Shown: positions 24,588 through 37,673 of the stretch, piece by piece
Position numbering within the stretch: the stretch's first letter is position 1
Layout of the letters: the number at the start of each line of letters is the position of its first letter
Assembly (NCBI GenBank): GCA_020137815.1
Contig: CM035353.1
Location: 2,728,001-2,792,000, forward strand
Direction of reading: 5' to 3'
Source: Hormiphora californensis
Lineage: Eukaryota > Animalia > Ctenophora
DNA length: 64,000 bases
Translations under genes and position numbers: made by a program
The notes under the pieces: model-generated
Database searches by the model: none
What the model saw: only the letters and a program-made list of their open reading frames with translations
What the model was told of the DNA's origin: nothing

Positions 24588-27063
24588 ATGTATATTTTTT
24601 TTTTAACTTGTGCAAATTTTTTTCCGAAAATGACATAAGTTCAGTTTTTTCGACTTTTATCATAGTTTTTGTCAAAAAATAGTATTTTCCAACAAATATT
24701 ATGTGTAAAAGTGTATAGGGAATAGATTTACAGGCAAAATAAATTAAAAACTCATTTCGTGAGGTGCAGGTGACCATGTTTGCAAAAGCGTGTGCCATTC
24801 CGTCAAATTTTAATATTTTTTCCTGAAATTTTCGAAAATATGCTGAAAAATGTCCAATATAAACACCTTTAAAACAGGAAGCGACCGAATATTCGGTTCG
24901 GTTCGGTTCGGAAATTCGGTGTTTTTTGGGCGGTTCGGTTCGGTTCGGTTCGGTAGGAAATTTTGGCCGAACCACCGAATTTTTTGGTCAAAAAATGCCC
25001 AGAAATCGGGCTTTTTCATGCAAAATTTTTCAATTATTTCACGAAAATTGTATGGATTTCAATGTCAATTTCGCCGTATTAACCCTATTTCGAATCGGTG
25101 GTGCTATGTGGAAATGATTTTGCTAGTTAGCGGGTTCGATATGGATTGATTTGATACCTGACTTCCCGTCGAATCGTGTCCTCATGAGAGGGTCAACAAA
25201 TTCAGAAACTTTTTTTTTCAAAAAATTCATGGAGAGCACCGATCAAGGTGTTAAGAATCATTCTCTGAAATTTTGTAAAAAAGTTTGGAAAATATTTCAA
25301 AGTCAATTTTATGGAAAATTTTCTATGTCAATTTTTGCGTACGAATCGTATTTCGAATCGGTATTGCTAAGCGGGAGTGATGTTGCTAATTAGTGGGTCC
25401 GAGATTGATTATGCTGATACGTGATCCCCCATCAAATCTAATTAGGAAGTTTAGGGGAAACGATTCATGTTTCAATAAATCCTGCTAATTAGCGAGAGCA
25501 CTGCCGCACAGCATCACCGATTCGCAACATGATTCGTACGGCAAAATTGACATAGAATTTTTTTCCGAAATTGACTTTGAAATATTTTTCACAAAATTAA
25601 ATGTTTCTCTAAAAATTCATGGAAAGCATCGATCAAGGTATTGAGAATCATTACCTGAAATTTTGTGAAATTTTTTTTGTGAAAAATATTTTAAGTAAAT
25701 TATGGTATACGAATCGTGTTTCTAATCGACAATGCTAAACGGGAGTGATGTTGGTAATTAGTGGGTCCGAGATGGATTGTACTGGTACGTGATCCCCCAT
25801 CAAATCTAATTAGGAAATTTAGAGAGACACGATTCATGGTTCGTTTAATCCTGCTAATTAGCAATACCATTCCCGTATAGCATTGCCGATTCGAAACACG
25901 ATTCGTACGCAAAAATTGACATAGAAAATTTACGATAAAATTGACTTTGAAAATTTTTTCACAAAATTGACTTTGAAATTTCTTCATACATTTTTTAACA
26001 AAATTTCAGAGAATGATTCTCAATACCTTGATCGGTGCTCTCCATGACTTTTTAGAGAAACATTTATACAGAAAAAGTTTTGTATGGTTCGGTTCGGTTC
26101 GGTTACCGAAATTCGGTTCGGTTCGGTTCGGTTCGGTTCGGTAAAAAAGTTTTTCAAATTCGGTTCGGTTCGGTTCGGTGGAAAAAAACCCGGTTCGGTC
26201 GTTTCCTGCTTTAAAATATGTAAGAAAACTTACTCAATCTATGAGGTGCAAACGGTGTTTTAAGTTACACTGTATGTTTACAGCTACTTTTAAGCCCGTA
26301 GCACCTCACGTTTCACGACTTTTCCTAGCTAGATACTTGCAGTAGCCTCAAAACCATCATTTGTACCAAAAAAGTTCCAAAAATTTTGCTCAATGATTGA
26401 GGTGCACCCAAAAAACGGTATTTTCTTCAAACGCTAATTGCACCTCACTTTATGAGTATAAAGTTCTAAAAGTGGCCTTAATTTGCTCATATGACATCCC
26501 CAAACACTAACTAATCGATTCCAAGGTCAGTACTCAACCTGTGAGGTGCCCTGGAGAAGTAGGTAAAATATGTCATTTTTTGAGGGTCTGCACCTCACTC
26601 GCTGAGTAATTTTTAGAGCAAATTTTCGGTAAATCAGGAGGGAAATTGTCTAATCTTGCTTTATGCCAAGTTTCAATTCTTTATTTACTCATTTGACCCC
26701 TAATGAGTAAACTTTTAGCTCTAAAATCGGCTTGCACCTCACCAAATGAGTAGATTTTTTCATGGTTTTCACCTCATCTGATGAGTGAGAAATATTCCCA
26801 CCATTTCTGAAAGTTTGGAGATTTTTGATCAAACGGTATTTCTACAAATCGGGGGCACCTCACGATAGCACCTCACGGCGTAGAAATGATATAGCACCTC
26901 ACTGGAGTAAGCTAGAGACTTCGTTCTTTCACTAAATTGAACTTTCGATATTTCTCGATTTTTTGAGGTGCTGAGTAAATTTCCAGTGGCCACAGCTATT
27001 TTGCTATGATCATTTGAAAAAATTTGGTAGTTGCACAAGTTAAAAAAAAATGACCATATACAT
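24588..27063. mobile_element. Unclassified non-autonomous DNA element hosting a nested hAT-like element
   Basis: Ends ATGTATAT..T(n)AACTTGTGCAA and TTGCACAAGTTA(n)..ATATACAT are inverted. Many internal GAGGTG/CACCTC and TGAGTA/TACTCA motifs. Confidence 0.55.
24875..26208. mobile_element. hAT-like non-autonomous element with (GGTTC)n subterminal repeats
   Basis: TIRs CAGGAAGCGACCGAA and TTCGGTCGTTTCCTG; 8-bp TSD CTTTAAAA at 24867-24874 and 26209-26216. Confidence 0.88.
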
Positions 27064-28249
27064 TGTGCAGGACGCGGTGAAACAGGATCGAGCAAACTGT
27101 AACCCACACTGCACTAAACAGTACAGCCCAGTTCGTAGAGGGTGGAGAAACGTTAAATTAGGTGTGTATACTGCAGTATAGTAGGATAGGGTACATGTGA
27201 TACTACACACTAATAGCGTTGATGACAGACACTTCACTGTTCCACTGTGCACTATTTACTAAGAACAATAAAGAGGAATAAGGGGAATAAGGGGAACTAA
27301 GAACAATAAGGGGAATAGGACTGAAGAAAGTCAGCGAAATTTAACGAACTTCTTGTTTTCATGTGATCCTGTCTGGCGGCACTGACCTCGTGATTTGAGC
27401 GCACTGAGAATCAAATCAGAGTCTGGCACCGGCAGATTACAGCTCGAAAACAAGACTGATATTATATCGGTCATATATTATTGATATATCAAATTGAACA
27501 ATCTCTCGTGCCTTCCAACAATTATTGTATGTTCTGTAGATGCGATTTCCATGTCCAATCTTTTGAGAGAGAGAGGAAAGAATTAATGCGGTCTATAGAG
27601 AGAGGAAAAGAGAGAGGGAAATACTTGTATGTTGAACATCTAGATTCTAGAAGTACATTAGAGAAAGATGGAAAAGAGAGAATAAGAAATCAAAGAAGAG
27701 GTCAGAAGCAGGAAAGAGAGAATATTAATTTGAATAACCGCTCACAGCTCTCACCGCCACTGTAAAATATACTGGAAAGTGTGATGATGATTTATTCATC
27801 AGTACTGGAGATCATCTTTGTGCTATATAGATCGGTATAGACTATAGATCCTTATAAATCGCCCCGATCCCCCATCCGGCCTCATTAACTGCAGGGTTAT
27901 GATTCTGTAGTTGGAATTCCTGGCAGATTACCCCCCCCCCCCCTTTGACAAGCTACAGTCATCACCTTGGGTGTGTTGCCCTCACTCTGCAGTTCTTTGG
28001 GGGAGGCTGATTAAGTGGATGGAGAGCTTTACTGTTTGGAGAGGTTATATTAAGTGGATGTGAAGTACTATTTAGCATGTATTGTATTGTATACATTGTA
28101 TACCACACCCTGTCTGTCAGAGCATTGGCCTGACAGCACCCTGTAATAGTACACCATGCATGGTACTACCTTCTTAATGGGATAATGGGTTTATCATGGG
28201 GTGTCGATTCTATCAATCATAGTAAATTGGATACTGATGGGTTTATAAG

Positions 28250-28335
<86 letters not shown>

Positions 28336-28644
28336 GTTCGTTACTTTCACCATAATATGTGTCATCGATGGAGTGGGGGCTGCGTTTTGTAAAATGTCAC
28401 TGACACAACTTGCAACAGTGTGTAGTGAGACATGCAAGCTTTGACCATGCAATCACACACGCCCCCCCCCCCCCTACAAACAAATATATGACAAGCTTCC
28501 TGTCTCTTTCAAGTTTCGATATGCAAGGGATGAGGGATATTTCATATTCGTAGTAACTGCTAGTGACAAGCAATGAGCATGCAATCGGACGCCCAAATTC
28601 ATTCTCCCCTCGCCCCTTTATTTCATTATTTTACCATGGGCGCC

Positions 28645-29985
28645 CACGGCGTGCCTGGTGAAATTTTAACACGACCTAGCATGCAACGGGAAACCACCAC
28701 TTGTACGTGGTAGCTGAGGGTCTACAGAATGGCGCTACGGTGCGGGAAAAAAAAGTCCATTCCCTAAAATCGTTTTTTTTACTTTTATTTGATTTGGGTC
28801 AAAATTGGCTATATTAAACGTGGTCCCGAAAAATCCATAATGACTTAGCACACGAAATATGTCACCCCTACCTATTTTTGCACGTAGAATCGATTGCCGT
28901 TGAAGTCGAATCTCTAAAATGACTGTAAAATGGTCAAAAGTTGATTTTTTACCATTTTTTGGAGGTTTTTGGCCCCTAAACCATTGAAAACGTTGAGATA
29001 GGAATTTGAAACTAGTGCCAATCGTTAAAATGGTCATTTTTCTACCAAGAACCAAGTTTTCGTGTATATCCGATTTATGGTTAGATTTGGGCAAATTGTT
29101 GAAATCTGCCAACTACGAGAACCGTAACTTGATTTTCTCGTTTTTTGGATTTTGGCATTTTTGACAAACTTCTGATTGAAATGGTCAATCGGGACCATGC
29201 TTAAGTTGTTTATGGGACAATTTTCGACTAAAATCCAAGATTTCATACCAATCCAATAACAGATCGTTGATTTATAGAAAATTTAAGTAGGCAAAACGGT
29301 CAAAATGACAACTTTTCTTGCTTATTTTGACCGTTTTGCCTACTTAAATTTTCTATAAATCAACGATCTGTTATTGGATTGGTATGAAATCTTGGATTTT
29401 AGTCGAAAATTGTCCCATAAACAACTTAAGCATGGTCCCGATTGACCATTTCAATCAGAAGTTTGTCAAAAATGCCAAAATCCAAAAAACGAGAAAATCA
29501 AGTTACGGTTCTCGTAGTTGGCAGATTTCAACAATTTGCCCAAATCTAACCATAAATCGGATATACACGAAAACTTGGTTCTTGGTAGAAAAATGACCAT
29601 TTTAACGATTGGCACTAGTTTCAAATTCCTATCTCAACGTTTTCAATGGTTTAGGGGCCAAAAACCTCCAAAAAATGGTAAAAAATCAACTTTTGACCAT
29701 TTTACAGTCATTTTAGAGATTCGACTTCAACGGCAATCGATTCTACGTGCAAAAATAGGTAGGGGTGACATATTTCGTGTGCTAAGTCATTATGGATTTT
29801 TCGGGACCACGTTTAATATAGCCAATTTTGACCCAAATCAAATAAAAGTAAAAAAAACGATTTTAGGGAATGGACTTTTTTTTCCCGCACCGTAGCGCCA
29901 TTCTGTAGACCCTCAGCTACCACGTACAAGTGGTGGTTTCCCGTTGCATGCTAGGTCGTGTTAAAATTTCACCAGGCACGCCGTG
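28645..29985. mobile_element. Foldback element, Chapaev-like
   Basis: 662-bp arms with no mismatch seen by eye and a 17-bp spacer. Termini CAC...GTG; 4-bp TSD CGCC. Confidence 0.85.
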
Positions 29986-31893
29986 CGCCCTCTCCTGTGG
30001 TTCTTATTTATTTTTCACCCGCCCACATATAATGTTGATGTTCGGGCCCCTGCTTCTAGTTAAAGCGTGTCTAGTAGAGCATCCCCTTCAGACATTGCTA
30101 GAAACCACGGAAGCGCTAGATCCGCTACCCCAGTGTCAACTTATTTCGAAAGGCATTAGACTCCGAAAATTTCTTAAAAAAGGCATTATTTTCTAACTAA
30201 AAATTGTTGGCAATGATACTAGATAGTACATAGAAGACATTAGTTAACAGTTTATTCGTTTATCTAGGCATCTTTTTAAATAGTGCCCGATAATGCCATC
30301 TTGAGACTCTGTTGAAATTTGTCAAATTTGCATGAATTTAGTGCTTGGAATGACTTTATAGAGCCCCAGGGAACCATTCCCTATCATAATAAGTCATTTT
30401 GAATCAAAATCTGGCGAATTTTGAAGAAAAAAATTTTTAATAATTTAATTTTTTTTAATTAAGTTAATTATGAAATAGGTTAATTGTTCTAATTTGTGGC
30501 ACATCAACTCTCCCTATTTTGTTTTATGTGACCCTTAGGGTCCAGTTAGAGATTTTGCGACTGACGTTAGTTACAATGAAGCAGGCCCCTGCTGACACTG
30601 CTGACACTGCCGCGCGCGCTACTTTACATGCAATTCACATCGAAAACCCTGCTAGTCAACGAAGATTTGGCGCGCACAGGGACTCTCCCAGCTTGCGCCA
30701 GTTGCAGACTGGAGGCTGGCGCCAGAAACTGGAGCCAGCCTCCAATCTGCAACTGGAGCGTTATAATGATTGCCTATCTCATTGAATCGTTTTTGAAGCT
30801 AAAAAACAGTTTTGAGTGATAAACTAAGGAGGGCATTATTTGGATTCTGGAGTCCCAATAATGCCCCCAGAGTCCCAATAATGCCCCAGAGTCCCTCAGA
30901 GTCCCAAAAACGCGCAAAAATAATGCCCTAGAATCTCAGAATGCCATGAAATCTGATACCTAGCACACTACCTTATTAGCACGAGCTAATTAGAGGGAGA
31001 GAGAGAGGAAGTGAGAGAGAGAGAAAGTGAGAGTGGGTGAGAGAGAGAGTGAGAGAGAGAGGGACAGAGAGAAAGACAGAGAGAGAGAGGGAGAGAGAGA
31101 CAGAGATAGACAGAGAGAAAGAGAGAGAAGAATAGAGGAGAGAGGGAGAGAGTGAGGAGAGAAACAGCTGTATAATTTCTTGTTTTGGGTTCACATTACA
31201 CTGACAATTAATGTGTGTGATTGGGGAACTAGGCTTGGCATTATTTTGGCATTATTTTGGCATTATTTTTTCTAAAAGCATTGGAAATTAGATTCGCATA
31301 TTCGTGGTTTTTTGACACTGGGTCCGCTACCTTATTGGCTAATGTAGGGTCACGTGATAACCACGGAGTGAAGTTATTGGTTGTCCCCCTTAATGGATTA
31401 ATCGCAGGGGACATGCTGCCCCACAGGGCATTAATTGACGAAATAAAGGGATGGCAAAAAGTGGGTGAATACGTTGCCGAATGCAGCACTGTAGAAGGAC
31501 AAAGAGCCCCCAGCCCCTAGGGTAAATTAATAGCTCGACAATCATATTCAGTGTTTCCAAATCGGTCCTAATGAGAAAGCTCCCATGTCTCATGATCAAT
31601 TCGCCAGATGTATGTGTGCCAGTGTAAGACCTGAGACCTCTCGCATCATTCACTTAAAATTAAAACTGGGGGATCGCTAGGGGGTCCCTATAACATGCAG
31701 TAACGCGCGGACAGCAAATCTGTAGACACCTTACCGGCATGAGGGCGCGCAGCCCAACCTTGTCGCGCGCAATGTGGCTCCCCGCGCGCCAGTTTCCTTT
31801 CTGTTACAGCGAGTGCTGAAACTATCTCTTTCCCCTGTCCGCGCGCGGTAAAAAAGGGGTGCCCAAAAGCAAAGCCGAGAGTTTTTGGATTCT

Positions 31894-33214
31894 TCAGAAC
31901 ATAATTCGCACAATCATGAACATACAATAAGCAGAAATTCCCAGAAAAACAACACAAAAACAAACTGTCCCCACAGAACCAGCAGTACCCTTTCCCTCCG
32001 GGGCGGGTAACGGTTCTGTCCTTCTCAATTCGACCGCCGCACTACATGTCTGTCCTTGATATGCACCAATATCACCACCACCAATCAGTGAATACCGCAT
32101 CCCAAACTCTGCCTCACACCTCGGGTGATCCCGTACCACTATAAATCTCTCCTCTTGGTCGCATATCACAACGTTATCACCCTTGAGGTAGAAACCCGGG
32201 CCACACTCAACTCTCACGGGTGTCCCTGTAGCCACGGGAAAGGGAGTTGTCGTCCGTAGCCCATCCGGGAGAGAGGTACAACCTGTGAGTGGGGTCTGAA
32301 GTGAGTGGAAGAGAGGCACAACCTGTGAGTGGGGTCTGAAGTGAGTGGAAGAGAGGTACAACCTGTGAGTGGGGTCTGAAGTGAGTGGAAGAGAGGTACA
32401 ACCTGTGAGTGGGGTCTGAAGTGAGTGGAAGAAAGGTACAACCTGTGAGTGGGGTCTGAAGTGAGTGGACGAGAGGTGTAACCTGTGAGTGGGGTCTGAA
32501 GTGAGTGGGAGAGAGGTACAACCTGTGAGTGGGGTCTGAAGCGAGTGGGAGAGAGGTGCAACCTGTGAGTGGGGTCTGAATTGAGTGGGAGAGAGGTACA
32601 ACCTGTGCATGTGAGTGGGGTCTGAATTGAGTGGAAGAGAGGTACAACCTGTGAGTGGGGTCTGAAGTGAGTGGAAGAGAGGTACAACCTGTAAGTGGGG
32701 TCTGAAGTGAGTGGGAGAGAGGTACAACCTGTGAGTGGGGTCTGAAGTGAGTGGAAGAGAGGTACAACCTGTGAGTGGGGTCTGAAGTGAGTGGAAGAGA
32801 GGTACAACCTGTGAGTGGGATCTGAAGTGAGTGGGAGAGAGGTACAACCTGTGAGTGGGGTCTGAAGTGAGTGGGAGAGAGGTACAACCTGTGAGTGGGG
32901 TCTGAAGTGAGTGGGAGAGAGGTACAACCTGTGAGTGGGGTCTGAAGTGAGTGGAAGAGAGGTGAGTGGAAACAGGGGATATTTAATAGTAGGAGACACT
33001 AGCGTGGTACGCGCAAAAAAATGCGCGCCACACACCTGTTATTTTAGGTATGTGGTGCGCATTTTTTTGCGCGTACCACGCTAGTGTCTCCTACTATAAA
33101 GGGCTGCTAAATTAGATAACCTTGCTTGGAAATTAGATATATCTTACCCCGGATGGATAAGGTGGCTCCGATTAGTTGGGAAATTAGTGCAGCAATTAGT
33201 AGATTATATACCAT
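31894..33214 (-). CDS. Small type I membrane protein with one Sushi/CCP domain (2 exons)
   Basis: Exon 33214-33148 encodes a signal peptide (MVYNLLIAALISQLIGATLSIR, GTAAG donor, phase 1). Exon 32282-31894 encodes CTSLP..VECGPGFYLKGDNVVICD..PRC and a hydrophobic C-terminus. Confidence 0.78.
32268..32962. repeat. 40-bp tandem repeat, about 17 copies, in the Sushi gene intron
   Basis: Unit ACCTGTGAGTGGGGTCTGAAGTGAGTGGAAGAGAGGTACA. Confidence 0.95.
32987..33096. mobile_element. Small TA-flanked hairpin MITE
   Basis: TAGTAGGAGACACTAGCGTGGTACGCGCAAAAAAATGCGC has its inverse at 33057-33096. Confidence 0.75.
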
Positions 33215-33821
33215 TATCTATACAGTCAGCTCCATGTTATAAGTTGGTTCTATGTGATGAGCTGTTGAGGCTCTACGTCAGAGTCGCAATAGCATACATG
33301 TTTAGTCTAAGGAACTGGGATTTCAGTTTTACACACGATCTTTCCTGTTGTTCTCATATCTTACAACATCTTACAATATATCCAGTTAGACACACAATCT
33401 GGTGCATCCCATGGTAATAATAGGATGAGAGAACCAGTTCAAAGATAACATGGCGGGGTTGAGAAAAACTAAACAATATACTTTTGGTTTACAAAGTGAA
33501 ATTAAATTTATACAATTCATTACCAGCAACACTAATTGTAAGAACGGTCACACATGTTACACCTACGGGTATGCAGATTATGAAACGGAAAAGTATTGAA
33601 TCAAAACGGATACGTTTACAGTTTATTTAAACTTAGTAAGTATAAATGTCACGAAATTTACTTTATTTTTCATTTGTTTAGCAACACTTATTGCAGAAAT
33701 CACTATACCTCTGAACAAACAAGCTACAGCCAACATAATATTAATTAATTAATCATATATTATATATAATCCATCTGTCTCTCTATATCTCGGATGAATC
33801 TGAACAACAATAAACATCTTC

Positions 33822-36082
33822 TCACAAGAACCCAAATATATTCATTATTCCTCGTGGAGTTGCGAGTTTATTGTAGTGGGGGCGATGTAAGGGTGTAAGG
33901 AGCTTCGAACACTTCTCCTCAGGAGGCCGGTAGGCTTTCCGTCGCACTGGCGCATCCGACACAGGAATAGGTACAACTGAGGGGGAGGGGGTGTCAGCAT
34001 CATAAGACATAATTTAAATAGATGTGGGACGGGGGTGTCAGCATCATAATTAATAGATGTGATAATTTAGATGAAGGGTCGTGGGGGTTCCGGATTAGGG
34101 GCAACTGGGGGGGGGGGGGCGGAGCAGCTAGTTAAATAGCTCCCCTACCTTGTGTTGTTCTCCCACCCCTTACTAAACATTAAACAAACCTTGTGTGATA
34201 GGAGGTGGGTATGATAGGAACTGAGCTCTGCTATCTGGTATTTCAACTAGTACTCCACTACCAGCCTCTATCCTCTCAGGGTTATCGCACCGGGATTCTG
34301 ATACTGCTGCAGTTGGGGGATTGTTAGGTGCAAGTTGGTAAGGAGAGAGGACAATTAGTGACAAATACACACGCCACGCATCAAACAAACATCACACAAC
34401 ATCACACAAACATGTCAGCCACTGACTGTAACATCTCGCACGCTGCTCGATTTACCTCACGCAACCGGCGGCCCGGTGCAGAGAGGACGGTATGAGACAA
34501 ACCTACATATTTAATTACGAAATTACCCCTCTAATAGGGCATTGTGATAGTAAGGCACGTTTTAGCGTGCCCGCAAGGTAGGGGTAATTGCGCTACCAAC
34601 ATGCTATTTACCTGATTTTACACGTTTGTAAATCCTATTCTCAGGATTAAATCTGGATACGAGAGATGCCTTTCTGCTGGGTCTGGGCGGTGGCCTGTTG
34701 GCAGCGGAGGACATTCTCTTTTGTCGAGGTGGCGTTTGAAGGTGGTCCATGATAGGCGTTTTAACTTCACTGCCGGGGTAGGGGGGTGATTAAGAAGTGA
34801 AGGGTTAACCGAGTCATCAACCCATACACTGTAAAACGCGCTTCATCAAAGGTACCACTAGATTATAACACGATAGCACTAACCTGTAATTGCTTGAAAC
34901 CGTTTTACAGATGTTGGTACACTCCGGTACTATCTCATCGCTCTCCTCCTCGGACCTGATGGTAACCTCCACAGTCGCCACCTCCTCTTCGCCAGTTGAA
35001 ACTACCTCAACCTCATTTATAACCTCATCATCACCTCTAGCTAGAAGCTCTGTTTTGGAGAAATCATCCTCAAAGGTATCATCAAGCGCCGGGCCGTCAT
35101 CTCGAGCACCCCGTGCGACCATCAGCAACTCCGTCATTCCCCCGCTTTTCATCTCATCTCCCTCCACAAACAGTCGTCTTCTTAAATTGTTGTTGATAGG
35201 CGAGGGAGTATCCCTGACCAGATCAAAATAACACTGCGTACTGTGAATCTCCCGATCAGACATCTGCTTCCGTCGAGGTGGCGAGATTTTCTGGTTTTGT
35301 AGGAGGTCAAGGTAGACCTGGGTGGAATCGAGATAGCGCTCGGGGGAAGTATCACCAGCCCTGGGTAGGGTTGTCGGGGTGATGATGTTTAGTGCGGAGA
35401 GACCATCAAATCCCATACTTTCCTCGTTGATGAACCGAGGAGTAACGGGCGATAGAAGGACACTGGGAAGTCCACCACCACCGCCTTTAGGTTGGTCCAC
35501 CTGGCCGGGCGGTTCCTCGTCCTGACCGGGATCTTTCTGGGGCGATAACTTGACGGTTTGGTCCCGGGAAGAAGTGTAGACGCTGCTGGTGAAAGAGATG
35601 GGTGGAGCTGCAGGTGAATCAGCTTCCAGTGCTTGCTCTTTCAACATGATACCAGTAGTAACATCTGAGGAGAGAAAGAGAGGGTGGTTAATTAGATCGC
35701 TGCCAATTAGGAAACTGTCACAATCAATCAGGGTATAACAATTGTAACAAGGAATCAGGGAATCGCTAATTGGACAGAGTTAAGACTGGGTCTAACAACA
35801 AATATTAATTGGGTACTTAGTACCAGCTTGTTAACGGCTTGAGCTCGGTAAGACACGGTAATACATACACGCGTTATGTTTTCAAACACAAACTTTACTG
35901 TCCCGTGTTAATAATAACATTTGGGGGGATATTTGGCCCACAAAGTAAAACACTAAAACACTAATAAACACACATATACAATTGGACTCACAACATTAAC
36001 TAAATAATAAATAGTATACCAGATTGACAATTTACTGACCTGCATTTGTAGTGACCATGTCTTTGTATTGAGAAATATCCAT
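33822..36082 (-). CDS. Multi-exon low-complexity protein of unknown function
   Basis: Exons 36082-36040, 35664-34884 and ~34771-34612 are phase-consistent. Further small exons are uncertain. The last exon ends at 33822 (..GIMNIFGFL*). Confidence 0.6.
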
Positions 36083-36248
36083 TTTACCAAGCTGAACAAA
36101 AATTAATTATGATGGGGGATATATTGAGTTTTGAAACATTGAACGATTAAACGATTAAACGAGTATACACACACAGTTAAATTACAATTCCATACACAAT
36201 TCCAAACTCTATATACATACAATAATTATTGTGAACACTTCTCGAGTT

Positions 36249-36563
36249 CTACTTCATTTCATCTTCGTGTATTCTCCCGTGTAAGTCCTGATACAACTGT
36301 TTCACACATCTCTCATCATCTCCACACACCATCTCAACGAGCTCAACCACTGCATCTAGGATAACCTCCCCACTGTCCGAACCATGGTCCTCTCCGAACC
36401 CTTCACCTGCCACAAAGTAGTACATGTCGAGAGCTGCCTCGGTGAAACAGCTTGGTTCCTCCATACAGTACTTGTTTAGATCGTCCTCAAGGTCCGATCG
36501 TTCAGAGGAAGCGGCAAGAGAGATGAGTAGGATGATCGTGGATAGGGGTAAAATGAGCTTCAT
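36249..36563 (-). CDS. Small secreted acidic 4-Cys protein
   Basis: Signal peptide MKLILPLSTIILLISLAAS; two C-x5-C pairs; intronless. Confidence 0.8.
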   Translation of the reverse strand: MKLILPLSTIILLISLAASSERSDLEDDLNKYCMEEPSCFTEAALDMYYFVAGEGFGEDHGSDSGEVILDAVVELVEMVCGDDERCVKQLYQDLHGRIHEDEMK

Positions 36564-36721
36564 AGCTATAGAAACATAGATTTTGGGTTATGTAATAAAT
36601 AGGTTGGTAAGACATAAACAACCATAAATTATGAAAAGTCAACGGAAAATGTTCGTACAAAAGATTTCCATCTTCGATATTATATACACAATACTAATCT
36701 GTTGTTTCAACTGTCTTCCAA

Positions 36722-37065
36722 TTATTCTTCATCATCCTCTTCATCTTCATCGTCTTCATCATCCTCATCTTCCTCATCTTCTTCATATTCATAATCTTCT
36801 CTTCTTCCTCATCCTCTTCTTCTTCCGCGTCGTCTGTACCGTCTTCACTGGTCTCATTTCCAGATGCGTCTCTCTTTCCCATGTCTTTCTTTCCTATGTG
36901 ACTTTTCATCTCATCAATTTTATTTTGTACAAATTGGCCGATCTCGGATGCCATTGCCACGTCCTGTAATCCATCCTTAACATCAGGTAGCGTCTGGCTT
37001 TCACCATCCCCGGAGCATAAAGCCACACATACGACAAGGATTAGTACAGAAGAGAACCGTTTCAT
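36722..37065 (-). CDS. Secreted prepropeptide-like protein, paralog 2 (1-nt indel in the acidic tail)
   Basis: Signal peptide, then SHIGKK and DMGKR sites. Correcting one base near 36800 gives an EDYEYEEDEED.. tail ending at TAA 36722-36724. Confidence 0.75.
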
Positions 37066-37257
37066 TGCTACTATAACAAGGGAATTGGTTGTTAAGAAAA
37101 GGGGCATGTATTGGAGAGAAGGAGAAGAGGGAGAGAGTTTCCCCAATATTGGGCATTTGCAGTCGGTATGAGCGCTACAGCTTCTCAGATAAGAACAATA
37201 ACGTACAAAAAACAAAAATGAAAAGGTTCAGCCATTGACCATTGTTCATGTGGGAAT

Positions 37258-37602
37258 TTATTCATCGCCATCATCGTCTTCATAACCATCGTCATCATCA
37301 TAATCGCCGTCGTCGTCGTCGTCTTCATAATCGTCATCGTCTTCATCATCACTGTCGTCTTCATCATCTTCCTCTTCCGCTTCGTACTCTTCAATTTTTT
37401 CAATCTCCTCTAAAATCAAATCTGAAGAAGAATCTCTCTTTTCCAAGTGATTATTCATCTCACCGATGAGATGGCCGATCTCGGATGCCATTGCCAGGTC
37501 CTGTAATCCATCCTTAACATCAGGTAGCGTCTGGCTTTCACCATCCCCGGAGCATAAAGCCACACATACGACAAGGATTAGTACAGAAGTGAACCATTTC
37601 AT
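37258..37602 (-). CDS. Secreted prepropeptide-like protein, paralog 1
   Basis: Signal peptide, KR site and poly-D/E tail. The first 43 aa are nearly identical to paralog 2. Confidence 0.82.
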   Translation of the reverse strand: MKWFTSVLILVVCVALCSGDGESQTLPDVKDGLQDLAMASEIGHLIGEMNNHLEKRDSSSDLILEEIEKIEEYEAEEEDDEDDSDDEDDDDYEDDDDDGDYDDDDGYEDDDGDE

Positions 37603-37673
37603 CGCTGCGACTAAAGGGAAGCGGAGGATGTTAAGTTTTTTAAAGTTCGTAAAAGAAACTAGGTAATGTTAGA

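Noticed and set aside
28735-29895. Mirror-image ORF pairs (also 2581/3534 and 58967/61405)
   Set aside because: Artefacts of inverted repeats.
30040-31700. Possible DNA element rich in TAATGCC/GGCATTA motifs
   Set aside because: Could not define convincing termini or a TSD.
36694-36800. Met/Lys-rich C-terminus of precursor paralog 2
   Set aside because: It is the shifted frame of a D/E tract matching paralog 1, most likely a 1-nt indel.
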